From assembly GCA_017302635.1 (NCBI GenBank), contig JAFLCX010000002.1:1129979-1193978 (forward strand): DNA of 64,000 nucleotides, in the 5' to 3' direction. The notes under the pieces were generated by a model. That model had not been told where the DNA came from and ran no database searches. It worked only from the letters and a program-made list of their open reading frames with translations. The stretch is from Hyphomicrobiales bacterium. GTDB taxonomy: Bacteria; Pseudomonadota; Alphaproteobacteria; Rhizobiales; Beijerinckiaceae. Both the position numbers and the translations under genes were made by a program. Below, piece after piece: positions 48,048 to 58,008 of the stretch; within the stretch, counting starts at the first letter, position 1; each line of letters begins with the position of its first letter.

Positions 48048-49450
48048 CCGCCCAACCCCTTGAACAGGAATGTCTTCCCGCTCTTGAAATCGTAAGTCGG
48101 GTCTTCCCACGCAATCATCTTGCCGGGGTTCAGAAGGCCCTGTGGGTCCGCCTCGCGCTTGAAGGCCAGTTGCACCTCGTCGGTCTGCTTCATGCCGCCC
48201 TCTTCGAGCGTATAGCGGTGCGGATTGAAGATCGGGGCGCCCATCTCGTCATGGATGCGCATGATCTCCTCAAGCCGCTCCTCGCTGGTGAACTTCACGA
48301 GTGGCAGGCCGAAACAGGTGACCTTGCCATCGAACTTCACGAACTCCAGATGGCAGCCGACTTCTTCGCCAAAACGCGCATGGATTTTCTCCACCAGTTC
48401 CACCTGATTGGGGAACGGGTAAAGCACTTGCAGGTAGGTGATCTTCGGATCGACCCGCAAGGCGCGCAGGGTGGTGTGGTTCCAGCACAGCTCGAAACCG
48501 GGCGGCAGACCCTTTTTCTCGTCATCGCCCAGCGTATCCGAGCGCATGAGAAGCTCGGCTCCCTTCCAGCGCCCGGCAAAGGCAAGGAGCGAGAGCAGCG
48601 CGAAATCGGCGACCATTGCAATCACCACATGCTTTTCCCGCGGCAGGAATTTCCGGTGGCGCAGGAAATAATCATGCGGCGCGGGCGCGGCGATCACCGC
48701 CAATTCCTTGAGCAGCAGGCCATCCTGCTCTCCCAGAGTATTCGCGAATTCTGTCGCTTGTCGCAGGTCGTCAAAGCCGAATATCACATCCACCCACGGG
48801 TAAGCGGGTGCCAGCGGAACCTCACATTCCACGATGATGCCGTTGGTGCCGTAAGCGTGGCTGACCTTGTGCAGATCATCTCCCGTAAGCTCGAGCACGC
48901 GCGGGCTCGCTTCCATCGTTACGACCTTGAGGCGGATAATGTTGCCGTAATCGCGCAGCCCACCCCAACGGATCGAACCGACACCGCCTGAACCTCCGGC
49001 GATAAAGCCGCCGAGTGTCGCGGTGTGGTAGGTCGAGGGCACAAGCCGCACCTCCTGACCGCTGTCTTTGCGGGTGGCGTGGTCGATGTCGGCGAGAACC
49101 GCGCCCGGTTCAGTGACCACCCTGCCCCGCCCGATGGACTTGATCGCATTCATCGCCGAAAGATCGAGCAGAACGCCGCCCGAAAGCGGCATGGCCTGCC
49201 CGTAATTCCCGGTTCCGGTGCCCCGTGGCGTGACGGGAATGCCCAGCGCATGGCAGGTCGCAAGCACGTGGGTCAGTTCATCCAGCGTCTTCGGTGTCAC
49301 CATGATGTCGGCGATCACCGCGTCGAGCTGGCGCTTGAGCGTGGGCGAATACCAGTAGAAATCCCGGCTTTTCTGCTTGAGGATCGCGGCGTTGTCGTCG
49401 GATTTGATGGCGCCGAGGCGTGATTTCAGCGTGGCGATGTCGTAGCGCAT
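48044..49450 (-). CDS. FAD-linked oxidase (PCMH/GlcD-DLD family), paralog 2
   Basis: 468 aa, VTPRGTGTGNYGQAMP and C-terminal DPQGLLNPGKM. Collinear with 44249..45625 along its whole length. Confidence 0.8.
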   Translation of the reverse strand: MRYDIATLKSRLGAIKSDDNAAILKQKSRDFYWYSPTLKRQLDAVIADIMVTPKTLDELTHVLATCHALGIPVTPRGTGTGNYGQAMPLSGGVLLDLSAMNAIKSIGRGRVVTEPGAVLADIDHATRKDSGQEVRLVPSTYHTATLGGFIAGGSGGVGSIRWGGLRDYGNIIRLKVVTMEASPRVLELTGDDLHKVSHAYGTNGIIVECEVPLAPAYPWVDVIFGFDDLRQATEFANTLGEQDGLLLKELAVIAAPAPHDYFLRHRKFLPREKHVVIAMVADFALLSLLAFAGRWKGAELLMRSDTLGDDEKKGLPPGFELCWNHTTLRALRVDPKITYLQVLYPFPNQVELVEKIHARFGEEVGCHLEFVKFDGKVTCFGLPLVKFTSEERLEEIMRIHDEMGAPIFNPHRYTLEEGGMKQTDEVQLAFKREADPQGLLNPGKMIAWEDPTYDFKSGKTFLFKGLGG

Positions 49451-49459
49451 GGGTGTTCC

Positions 49460-50818
49460 TCAGGCGAAAAGAGAGTCGAGTTCGGCGTAATCGGGCAGGC
49501 GGGTCTGGATCGCCTTGCCACCCAGCATAACGAGGCGATCGACCTGCGGGCGAGAGAGCCATTCGTTGAAGCTGCGGGCGGAAAAAATGATCATATCCGC
49601 CGGCAAACCGGGCGCGAGATGCCCTGCCCCGTCGAGCCCCATCTGGGTTGCCGGTCGGGTCGTCAGGCTTTCGAGCCAGGGGCGGCCGGCGTGATCGAAT
49701 TGCAGGATGCGCGTCGCCTCGCGGAACACTTCCACGCCGTCGAGATCACCATAGGCATAGAACGGGTCGCGCGTGTTATCGGACGCGACCATCGTGGACA
49801 CTCCGGCTGCATCCAGCTCATGGAGGGGTGCCACGCCCCGCCAGCGCGGCGTGCGGCCGGATGTCCGGTCCTGAAGATACATGTTGCACATGGGGAGCGA
49901 GACGACCGCGATCCCCGCCTCGCCGAGTTTGTCGATGACGCGAGCGCGGTCCGCATCATCCATCAGCGTCAGCGAGCAGCAATGGCCGACGAGCACCCGG
50001 CCCCGGAACTTCTTGCGCAGCACGGCATCGGCAATCTTCTCGAGGCTGCGCGCTTCGGGGGAGGCGCTTTCATCGACATGGAAATCGAGTTCCAGACCGT
50101 TCGCCGTTGCGGCATCGATGAATTCATCCAGCGCCTTGTCGACCTGCTCGGTCAGTGGATCGCCGCGATAGGTCACGGCACCCAGAATGCCGTCATATTT
50201 CACGACATGGCTGAGGATGTTGCGAAAATCGGCCGGGTCATCCCAAAGCGCCGAAAGCGGAAACAGGGCCGAGGCCTGAAGCTCGATGCGCCCTTTCCAT
50301 TGGGCACGCAATTCATTGAAGACTGGCCAGGAAATCCCGGATTGTTTGGCCAAACTATCGAGATGCGTGCGGATCGCGCCGGTGCCGTGGTGGAAGGCGC
50401 AACGCAGCGCGAAATCCATCCGGGCGCGCACATCATCGGCGCCCCAGTTCCTCTCGCGATCGGCCGCGACGGTTGTGAGCGCGCCGAAAAAAGTGCCGTC
50501 CGGGTTCGAGGCGCGCGCAAAGATATGCCCTTTGTCGAGATGGGTGTGCACATCGACGAAGCGCGGCAGCACCATCTTCCCCGCGAGATCGAGCGATGGC
50601 ACGCTGTCTTCGATCACCGCGGGCTCGGCGACAATCCGTGCGATTTTTCCGTCCGCGATCAGCATAGCGGCGTGGATAAGTTGATCTCCGCCCGAATGCG
50701 GGCCGATCCCCTCGCCTTTCACAAGAGCATGCGGAACACTCGCCTGCCGGAGCCAATAGCGGGAGGCGTTCAGAGGCAAGGCGATCGGCAAGGCGGATAC
50801 TCCGGGCGGGAAAGACAC
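49460..50818 (-). CDS. Cytosine-deaminase-like amidohydrolase (CodA family)
   Basis: 452 aa. HxH metal site FVDVHTHLDKGH, HVDE and later DN blocks typical of the CodA-type amidohydrolase superfamily. Confidence 0.8.
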   Translation of the reverse strand: MSFPPGVSALPIALPLNASRYWLRQASVPHALVKGEGIGPHSGGDQLIHAAMLIADGKIARIVAEPAVIEDSVPSLDLAGKMVLPRFVDVHTHLDKGHIFARASNPDGTFFGALTTVAADRERNWGADDVRARMDFALRCAFHHGTGAIRTHLDSLAKQSGISWPVFNELRAQWKGRIELQASALFPLSALWDDPADFRNILSHVVKYDGILGAVTYRGDPLTEQVDKALDEFIDAATANGLELDFHVDESASPEARSLEKIADAVLRKKFRGRVLVGHCCSLTLMDDADRARVIDKLGEAGIAVVSLPMCNMYLQDRTSGRTPRWRGVAPLHELDAAGVSTMVASDNTRDPFYAYGDLDGVEVFREATRILQFDHAGRPWLESLTTRPATQMGLDGAGHLAPGLPADMIIFSARSFNEWLSRPQVDRLVMLGGKAIQTRLPDYAELDSLFA

Positions 50819-51012
50819 GGGTGAACAAGCAAGCGCGATTCCAAACGGCCTGCAAGCGCGCTAGATAGGGCGCAATTCGCGCCCGTCATGGCCGGACTTG
50901 CGCCAGCCATCCATGTCTTGCATCAAAAAAGAAGTCGTGGATGCTCCGGCCGAGCAGCCGACACATGGCAGGCTGCCTGAAGTTGCCTGCCGAGAACGAC
51001 GTCGAGGTTCCC

Positions 51013-51408
51013 ATGCCCTTCACCAAACTCAACCCGGCTTCGATCCGCGCGCCCTTTGCGGCCTACAGCCACGGCATCGCCGTGCCGGCGGGGGCGCGGC
51101 TCGTTTTCGCCTCCGGACAGCTTGGCGTCGGCCCTGATGACGTGATCCCCGAGGATGTCGAGGCGCAGACGGTTCTGTGTTTCGAGAACATCAAGGCCAT
51201 ACTCGGCGAGGCGCAGATGACCCTGCAGGACGTGGTGCGCTTCAACGCCTACGTGACGGAGCGGGCCTATTTTCCGGTTTATGGCCGGGTGAGAAGCCGC
51301 TATGTGACCGGCGACGCCTTCGCTTCGACCCTCGTGATCGTGTCGGGATTCACCCGTCCCGAATTCAAGGTCGAGGTCGAGGTCACCGCCGCCCGCTTCC
51401 CGGATTGA
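51013..51408 (+). CDS. RidA/YjgF-family enamine/imine deaminase
   Basis: ATG 51013 (MPFTKLNP...), 131 aa, GQLG and the C-terminal [10 protein letters not shown] pattern. Confidence 0.85.
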   Translation: MPFTKLNPASIRAPFAAYSHGIAVPAGARLVFASGQLGVGPDDVIPEDVEAQTVLCFENIKAILGEAQMTLQDVVRFNAYVTERAYFPVYGRVRSRYVTGDAFASTLVIVSGFTRPEFKVEVEVTAARFPD

Positions 51409-51413
51409 ACAAT

Positions 51414-52748
51414 ATGAACGCGCCCGCCCCCAAGGTTTCTTTTGTCTCGCTCGGCTGCCCGAAAGCGCTCGTCGATTCCGAGCGCATCATCACGCGGCTC
51501 AGGGCCGAGGGATATGAACTGACAAAAACCCATGCGGGGGCCGATCTCGTCATCGTCAACACCTGCGGGTTTCTCGACAGCGCGAAAGCCGAGTCGCTCG
51601 ATGCCATCGGCAAGGGGATGTCAGAAAACGGCAAGGTGATTGTTACCGGCTGCATGGGTGCCGAGCCCGAACAGATCCGCGAAGCCTATCCCGGTGTCGC
51701 GGCCATCACTGGCCCGCAAGCCTATGAAAGCGTGATGAAGGCCGTGCATGAGGTGGCACCGCCCAAGCACGACCCGTTCCTCGATCTCGTGCCCGAACAG
51801 GGTGTGAAGCTCACGCCGCGCCATTACGCGTACCTGAAGATTTCCGAAGGCTGCAACAATCGCTGCACCTTCTGCATCATCCCGAAGCTTCGGGGCGATC
51901 TCGTCTCGCGCCCTCTGGCCGATGTGATGCGCGAAGCGGAAAAGCTGGTCGCCGCCGGCGTGAGGGAAATTCTTGTCATCAGCCAGGATACCTCGGCCTA
52001 TGGCGTCGATGTGAAATACGCCCCAAGTCTCTGGAGGGATGTTGAATATCGCACGAAATTCCTCGATCTCGCCAAGGCGCTCTCGACGCTCGGCGTGTGG
52101 GTCCGGATGCACTACGTTTACCCCTACCCGCATGTGGATGAGGTGATCCCGCTCATGGCGGAGGCAAGCGAGAGCGGCGGGCGGATTCTGCCCTATCTCG
52201 ATATCCCCTTCCAGCACGCGTCGCCCAACGTGCTGAAATCGATGCGCCGCCCTGCTCATCAGGAAAAGACGCTGCAGCGCATCCAGAAATGGCGCGAAAT
52301 CTGCCCCGATCTTGCGGTGCGCTCGACCTTCATCGTCGGGTTTCCCGGCGAAACCGAGGAGGACTTCACGCAGCTCACGGACTTCCTCACCGAGGCGAAA
52401 CTGGAGCGCGTGGGCTGTTTCAAATATGAGCCGGTGCGTGGCGCCACCGCCAATGATCTCGGCCTCGATATGGTGCCGGACGCGATCAAGGCGCAGCGCT
52501 ACGATCGATTTATGCGTCACCAGCAGCCGATTTCAGCGAAACTGCTGCAACGGCGCGTGGGCAAGCGCATCAAGGTTATCATCGATGCCCCCGGCCCGAC
52601 CGTCAGCAAAGGCCGCTCGGAATGGGATGCGCCGGAGATCGATGGTGCCGTCTATGTCGCCTCGAAGCGGCCCTTGCGCGCGGGAGACATCGTCACCGTG
52701 AAGATCGAGCGCGCGGATGCCTACGATCTTCACGGCATCGCGGTGTAG
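51414..52748 (+). CDS. rimO: Ribosomal protein S12 methylthiotransferase
   Basis: ATG 51414 ([18 protein letters not shown]). Radical-SAM CNNRCTFC and a TRAM C-terminus. Confidence 0.92.
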   Translation: MNAPAPKVSFVSLGCPKALVDSERIITRLRAEGYELTKTHAGADLVIVNTCGFLDSAKAESLDAIGKGMSENGKVIVTGCMGAEPEQIREAYPGVAAITGPQAYESVMKAVHEVAPPKHDPFLDLVPEQGVKLTPRHYAYLKISEGCNNRCTFCIIPKLRGDLVSRPLADVMREAEKLVAAGVREILVISQDTSAYGVDVKYAPSLWRDVEYRTKFLDLAKALSTLGVWVRMHYVYPYPHVDEVIPLMAEASESGGRILPYLDIPFQHASPNVLKSMRRPAHQEKTLQRIQKWREICPDLAVRSTFIVGFPGETEEDFTQLTDFLTEAKLERVGCFKYEPVRGATANDLGLDMVPDAIKAQRYDRFMRHQQPISAKLLQRRVGKRIKVIIDAPGPTVSKGRSEWDAPEIDGAVYVASKRPLRAGDIVTVKIERADAYDLHGIAV

Positions 52749-52762
52749 ACTCCTGTCTTGTC

Positions 52763-52806
52763 GCATTTTCTTCACGCGAACCGGAATCCGCTTCGCTAGA
52801 AAATGC
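52763..52806 (+). repeat. Hairpin repeat element, copy C
   Basis: GCATTTTCTTCACGCGAACCGGAATCCGCTTCGCTAGAAAATGC. 9-bp outer stem and 5-bp inner stem. Lies between the convergent rimO and qor stops. Confidence 0.8.
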
Positions 52807-52813
52807 TTCGATT

Positions 52814-53788
52814 TCAAGGAACGAGGATCGTCGAGCCTGTCGTCTGACGGCCTTCGAGCGCAACATGCGCCTCGGCGGCTTTTGCGAGATCGAAGCGCAT
52901 CGGCTTGCCCACCTTGATCGTGCCATTCGCGATCGCGCCAAGCAGGCGCTTGGCCATGCTCTGATAGGTTTTGGCCTCGGCAATATGGGTCATCAGCGTC
53001 GGGCGGGTCACATAAAGCGAGCCCTTCGCTGCGAGAATGCCGAGATTGACGCCATCGACCGGCCCCGAGGCATTGCCGAAGCTCACCAGCATTCCGAATG
53101 GCTTGAGGCTGTCGAGAGAGCCGGCAAAGGTTGATTTGCCAACGCCGTCATAGACGACATCGCATTTGCCGCCCTTGGTGATTTCGATCACGCGTGCGGC
53201 GAAATCTTCGGTTGAGTAATTGATCACGTGATCGCAGCCGGCCTTCTTCGCGAGCTTGAGCTTGTCGGCCGAGCCTGCGGTGCCGATCACCGTCGCGCCC
53301 AGGGCCTTCGCCCATTGGCATAAAATCAGGCCTGTGCCACCCGCCGCAGCATGAACCAGCACCACATGTCCCGGTTTCACCTTGAACGTGCGGAACAGCA
53401 GATATTCCGCCGTGAGCCCTTTAAGAAACACCGAGGCTGCCTGCTCGAAACTGACCTTCGCCGGCAGTTTCACGAGCGCCGATGCCTTGATGTTGCGCAC
53501 GGCGGCATAAGCTCCGAGCCCCGCCGTGTAGACAACCCGGTCACCGGGTTTCAGACCACTCACGCCCGCCCCGATAGTCTTGACGACCCCTGCCCCCTCG
53601 TTGCCGGGAATGAAGGGCATGGACGGCGCCGGGTAAAGCCCGGTGCGGAAATAGGTGTCGATGAAGTTGAGCCCGATGGCCTTCTGCTCGATCTGCACCT
53701 CGCCTGCCGACGGAGCCGGGAGAGCCACGTCGGCTACAGCCAGAACCTCCGGTCCCCCGTGGCGCAAAACCTGAACAACCTGAACCAT
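52814..53788 (-). CDS. qor: NADPH:quinone oxidoreductase (MDR/zeta-crystallin family)
   Basis: ATG 53788 (MVQVVQVLRHGGPEVL), 324 aa, Rossmann motif AAAGGTGLI. Confidence 0.88.
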   Translation of the reverse strand: MVQVVQVLRHGGPEVLAVADVALPAPSAGEVQIEQKAIGLNFIDTYFRTGLYPAPSMPFIPGNEGAGVVKTIGAGVSGLKPGDRVVYTAGLGAYAAVRNIKASALVKLPAKVSFEQAASVFLKGLTAEYLLFRTFKVKPGHVVLVHAAAGGTGLILCQWAKALGATVIGTAGSADKLKLAKKAGCDHVINYSTEDFAARVIEITKGGKCDVVYDGVGKSTFAGSLDSLKPFGMLVSFGNASGPVDGVNLGILAAKGSLYVTRPTLMTHIAEAKTYQSMAKRLLGAIANGTIKVGKPMRFDLAKAAEAHVALEGRQTTGSTILVP

Positions 53789-53856
53789 CGGCAACCCTTT
53801 CTGCGGAATAGATAATATCGGCGAACGGATGATCGGACCCGCGCAACTCTCATACA

Positions 53857-55611
53857 TTGAAGCGCTTGGCATCGCAGAAAACAAGGCGCAACCTGCGGCT
53901 GATCAAGTCTGTGCTCGTTGATTCTTTGTTTGCCGCCCCTCAGGGACCACGCCCTCCCGTGACCAATCCGGTGGATGCTCCGTTCGCGCCCAAGCTTCTC
54001 TCGGTTCTCCGGGAGGGATACGGGCTTGCCGCGTTCCGGAAGGACGCCGTCGCAGGGCTTACGGTCGCGATCGTGGCGCTGCCGCTCTCGATGGCGATCG
54101 CGATTGCCTCGGGAGCCAGCCCCGAAAAGGGTCTCTATACGGCGATTATCGGCGGATTTCTGATCTCGGCACTTGGCGGGTCGCGCTATCAGGTCGGCGG
54201 GCCAGCCGGTGCCTTCATCGTGCTCGTTGCCGCCATCATCGAGCGACATGGTTACGATGGGCTTCTCCTGGCGAGCATGATGGCCGGTCTGATGATGATG
54301 GCGATCGGATTTTTCCGCCTCGGGACGTTGATCAAATTCATTCCGCCGCCGGTGACATTGGGCTTTACAGCCGGCATCGCCGTGATCATCTTCGCAAGCC
54401 AGATCAAGGATTTAATGGGTCTTTCTCTTGCTCAGAAGGAGCCGGGTGCGCTCGTTCCCAAATTCATGGCGCTGGGTGAAGCGCTGCCGAGCATCAACCC
54501 ATCCGCCTGCATCATCGCTTTCGGAACCATAGGACTCATCGCCCTGATCAAACGTGTTCGGCCGCATTGGCCGGTGCTGCTGATCGCGATTGCGGCGGCC
54601 ACGTGCGTGACTTGGCTTCTCAGCCTGCCTGTCGAGACGATCGGTTCCCGCTTTGGAGGGGTGCCGTCTCACCTTCCTGCCCCGGCCATGCCGGCCTTTG
54701 ATCTGGCGCGCCTCGGAGCCCTTCTGCCGGATGCGATCGCGATCGCCCTTCTCGGCTCGATCGAGTCCCTTCTCTCGGCAGTGGTAGCAGACAGCATGAC
54801 CGGGCGGCGGCATCGCTCGAACACCGAGCTCGTGGCGCAAGGCGTCGCCAATATTGGCTCGGCCCTGTTCGGCGGAATTACTGCCACCGGCACCATCGCC
54901 CGCACGGCGACGAATGTAAGGGCGGGCGCTCACGGCCCTATCGCTGGCATGCTCCACGCGCTCTACCTGCTCGGTTTCATGCTGCTGCTCGCGCCGCTGA
55001 TGGCGAAAATCCCCCTGGCGGCCCTTGCGGGGCTGCTGGCGATTGTCGCCTGGAACATGGCCGAGAAGCACGCCATCTTGACCATGCTGCGCGGCCACGG
55101 TGCGGATGCTGCCGTGCTGATGGCCACGTTCCTGATCACGATCTTCCGCGATCTCACCGAGGGAATTCTCGTGGGCGTGTTGCTCGGCGCGATCCTGTTC
55201 GCGGTGCGGATGGCCGAGCTCGTCGAGGTGTCGTCTGGCTCATCCTTCACCGACCAAACCGAGGAGACGCCCCTTGGCAACGGCGATGACCGCGTCATCA
55301 CCTATCGCATTTCAGGGCCGCTTTTCTTCGGTTCCACGCCCCGCTTCGGCGATGTCATGAGTCGTATCGGTATCCGGCCGCGCTTTTATATCCTTGATCT
55401 CGCAGCTGTGCCGCTGGTCGATGCCAGTGGAGCAGAGGCGATATCCGGTTTCGCCCGGCAGGCCTCCGCGCATGGTGCCAGTGTGATCATCGCCGCAGCG
55501 CGTGCCGATATTGCCGAGTCGCTGCAGAGGAATATCGGGGCCACGCCCAACCTTGTTTTCTCGACCTCGGTCGCCGAAGCGCGGCAATATGCCAAGGCCA
55601 TGCCGGATTGA
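53857..55611 (+). CDS. SulP-family anion transporter with C-terminal STAS domain
   Basis: Polytopic, DAVAGLTVAIVALPLSMAIA start motif, STAS tail (YRISGPLFFGS). The start is uncertain (53857, or GTG about 53959/53971). Confidence 0.85.
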   Translation: MKRLASQKTRRNLRLIKSVLVDSLFAAPQGPRPPVTNPVDAPFAPKLLSVLREGYGLAAFRKDAVAGLTVAIVALPLSMAIAIASGASPEKGLYTAIIGGFLISALGGSRYQVGGPAGAFIVLVAAIIERHGYDGLLLASMMAGLMMMAIGFFRLGTLIKFIPPPVTLGFTAGIAVIIFASQIKDLMGLSLAQKEPGALVPKFMALGEALPSINPSACIIAFGTIGLIALIKRVRPHWPVLLIAIAAATCVTWLLSLPVETIGSRFGGVPSHLPAPAMPAFDLARLGALLPDAIAIALLGSIESLLSAVVADSMTGRRHRSNTELVAQGVANIGSALFGGITATGTIARTATNVRAGAHGPIAGMLHALYLLGFMLLLAPLMAKIPLAALAGLLAIVAWNMAEKHAILTMLRGHGADAAVLMATFLITIFRDLTEGILVGVLLGAILFAVRMAELVEVSSGSSFTDQTEETPLGNGDDRVITYRISGPLFFGSTPRFGDVMSRIGIRPRFYILDLAAVPLVDASGAEAISGFARQASAHGASVIIAAARADIAESLQRNIGATPNLVFSTSVAEARQYAKAMPD

Positions 55612-55662
55612 TGCCCTCTTGCTCCAGATCATGGCCAAGGGCACAGAATGTTCGCATGAGGC

Positions 55663-56859
55663 ATGATGATGCAGCATCCTGAAGCCGATATCGTGATCGC
55701 GGGTGGTGGCGCGGCTGGCCTCGCGACAGGCCTTGCGCTGGCGAAGTCTGGCCTGCGCGTCCTGATCGCGGGTGTACCGCAATCCATCCGCGACGATGCC
55801 CGCTCTGCCGCGCTCTTTGCATCGAGTTTTGCGTTTCTCGATCGGCATGGCCTCGGAGAGATGTTGCGCGAGCGCGGCTGGCCCCTGCGTGCCATCCGGA
55901 TTGTTGATGTCACCGGCGCTCTGGTGCGCTCACCCACCACCACGTTCAAGGCCATCGAGATCGGTGAACCGGCCTTTGGCTGGAATGTCGCGAATGCCGA
56001 TATTCTTGAAGCGCTCATCAAGGCGGCGCGGGATATGCCGGGGCTTGAACTGGAGCACGCTCTTTTCGCTTCGTGCGCGACGGAGGACGGCGCGGTTCAT
56101 GTCACGCTTTCCGATGGACGCGTGGTCCGTGCTTCCCTGCTGATTGGGGCGGACGGCCAGAAATCAGCCGTGCGCGAGGCGGCGAGCATCAAGGCCCGGA
56201 TCAAGCCCTACCCGCAGGTGGCGATCACCTGCCGGGCGACGCATCCACGCGATCATGAGGATATCTCGACCGAATTTCACACGCGTGAAGGTCCCCTCAC
56301 CTTCGTGCCTTCGGGCGAAAGGCGATCGGCCATCGTCTGGTTGATGCGGCCGGAGCAGGCGGATCGGCGTGCCGCCCTTCCGCCGACCGAGTTCGCCCGC
56401 GAGGCCGAGCGTATGAGCGGGCATTTTCTCGGGCCCCTCACGCTCGAAGGGCCGCAAGGCCGGGTGCCGATGCAGAAGCTCGTTGCCGAAAGGTTGGTTG
56501 CAGCACGCATTGCGCTCGTCGGTGAGGCAGCGCACGCCTTCCCGCCCATCGGGGCGCAAGGGCTCAATCTTGGATTCAGGGATTGCGACGCGCTGGTCCG
56601 GCGCATCGTCGAGGCGCGTCGGGCGGGCAAGGATATCGGCAGCGCATCGGTGCTCGAAGACTATGCGCGGGAGCGGATGCTGGATGTCGAAGCGCGTTCC
56701 GCCGGCGTTGACATGCTCAATACGGCCCTGATCGGCAACCTCTTGCCGCTCGATCTCGCGCGCGCTGCGGGGTTGAGCCTATTCAACGCAATCCCGCCCT
56801 TGCGCCGGATCGCGATGCGGATCGGCGGCGGTATGCCCGCTTTCGGCGCAAAGCCCTGA
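55663..56859 (+). CDS. UbiH/UbiF/VisC/COQ6-family FAD-dependent monooxygenase
   Basis: 398 aa. DIVIAGGGAAGLA dinucleotide fold, GADGQKSAVR, GEAAHAFPPIGAQGLNLG. Confidence 0.85.
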   Translation: MMMQHPEADIVIAGGGAAGLATGLALAKSGLRVLIAGVPQSIRDDARSAALFASSFAFLDRHGLGEMLRERGWPLRAIRIVDVTGALVRSPTTTFKAIEIGEPAFGWNVANADILEALIKAARDMPGLELEHALFASCATEDGAVHVTLSDGRVVRASLLIGADGQKSAVREAASIKARIKPYPQVAITCRATHPRDHEDISTEFHTREGPLTFVPSGERRSAIVWLMRPEQADRRAALPPTEFAREAERMSGHFLGPLTLEGPQGRVPMQKLVAERLVAARIALVGEAAHAFPPIGAQGLNLGFRDCDALVRRIVEARRAGKDIGSASVLEDYARERMLDVEARSAGVDMLNTALIGNLLPLDLARAAGLSLFNAIPPLRRIAMRIGGGMPAFGAKP

Positions 56860-56862
56860 GGC

Positions 56863-57816
56863 TCACCAGACCGGCAGCTTGTTCTCGGAAATCAGCCACA
56901 GCAGGCCTGTCACCGTGCCGATGGAGGCAAGCGTTCCGACCAGCACACCGGACGAGGCGCGCTCGACCCAGGTGTTGTACTGCCGCGCCATCACGAACAC
57001 GTTCAGCGCGGGAGGCAGGGCCGACATCAAGGTCGCGGTGATGATCCAGACCCGGTCGAACCCGCCGATGAAGCTCAGCAGCGAAAACACCAGAAGGGGG
57101 TGCAGGACGAGCTTCACCAGCAGATGCAGTGGCATTTCGAATGGAATTTTCGTCAAGGGGCGCAGTGCGACCGTCACGCCCAACGCAAAAAGGGCCACCG
57201 GCGCCGCGGCGTTCTTCAGCAATGTCAGGATCGTGTCGATCGCGACGGGCGGCTGCCACTGGAAATAGGAGGCCAGCACACCGGCGGCGGATGCTACGTT
57301 GAATGGGTGCGTGACGATCCGGACGATCACCAGCTTGGCTGTTGCAAAGAATTTCATCTTTTCCGAGCCGCCCAATGCCATCAGGAAGGGCAGCAGCGTG
57401 AAAAGCAGAACGGAATCGAACACGAAAATCAGCACGGTCGGTACCGCCGATTGCGGCCCGAGGGCTGCAAGCGTGAGTCCCGGGCCCATATAGCCGACAT
57501 TCGAATAGGCGCCGAGATTGCCCTGGATTGCCGCCTCGCGGATACTGCCTTTCGAGGCAATGATGCCGATGCCGAACGAGATCACGAACGCGATGTAGGT
57601 GCACAGGGTGGTGGTGAGAATGAACCGCCAGTTTCCGAACTGCTCAAAGGGCGTCACGCTCATCAGCTTGAAGAACAAAGCCGGCACAGCGATATAGACG
57701 ATAAAGAAATTCATCCAACGCATGCCGTCTTCAGGCACTTTCGCGATCCGGCCGGAGAAGAAACCAAGCAGAATCAGGCCGAAAAACGGAAAGGCGAGCG
57801 AGATGACGGGGCTCAT
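56863..57816 (-). CDS. AEC-family (auxin efflux carrier) transporter
   Basis: ATG 57816 (MSPVISLAFPFFGLILLGFF), about 317 aa, about 10 TM helices. Confidence 0.8.
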   Translation of the reverse strand: MSPVISLAFPFFGLILLGFFSGRIAKVPEDGMRWMNFFIVYIAVPALFFKLMSVTPFEQFGNWRFILTTTLCTYIAFVISFGIGIIASKGSIREAAIQGNLGAYSNVGYMGPGLTLAALGPQSAVPTVLIFVFDSVLLFTLLPFLMALGGSEKMKFFATAKLVIVRIVTHPFNVASAAGVLASYFQWQPPVAIDTILTLLKNAAAPVALFALGVTVALRPLTKIPFEMPLHLLVKLVLHPLLVFSLLSFIGGFDRVWIITATLMSALPPALNVFVMARQYNTWVERASSGVLVGTLASIGTVTGLLWLISENKLPVW

Positions 57817-58008
57817 CGGCGGATTTCGACTGGTCCAGATGGTTTGGCACCGGGCCGACGCGACTCGGAGCACGAAAGTGGGGCTCGCATCTTGACGGAT
57901 CATGCTGCGCCCGGAAAGAGAGAGCCGGATACCATCTTCGTCGCAGGGCCGGTAGTGCGGCCCTCGCATTACCGGTCCGCAGAATTGCAGGCCTCAACCG
58001 GATTCCTC

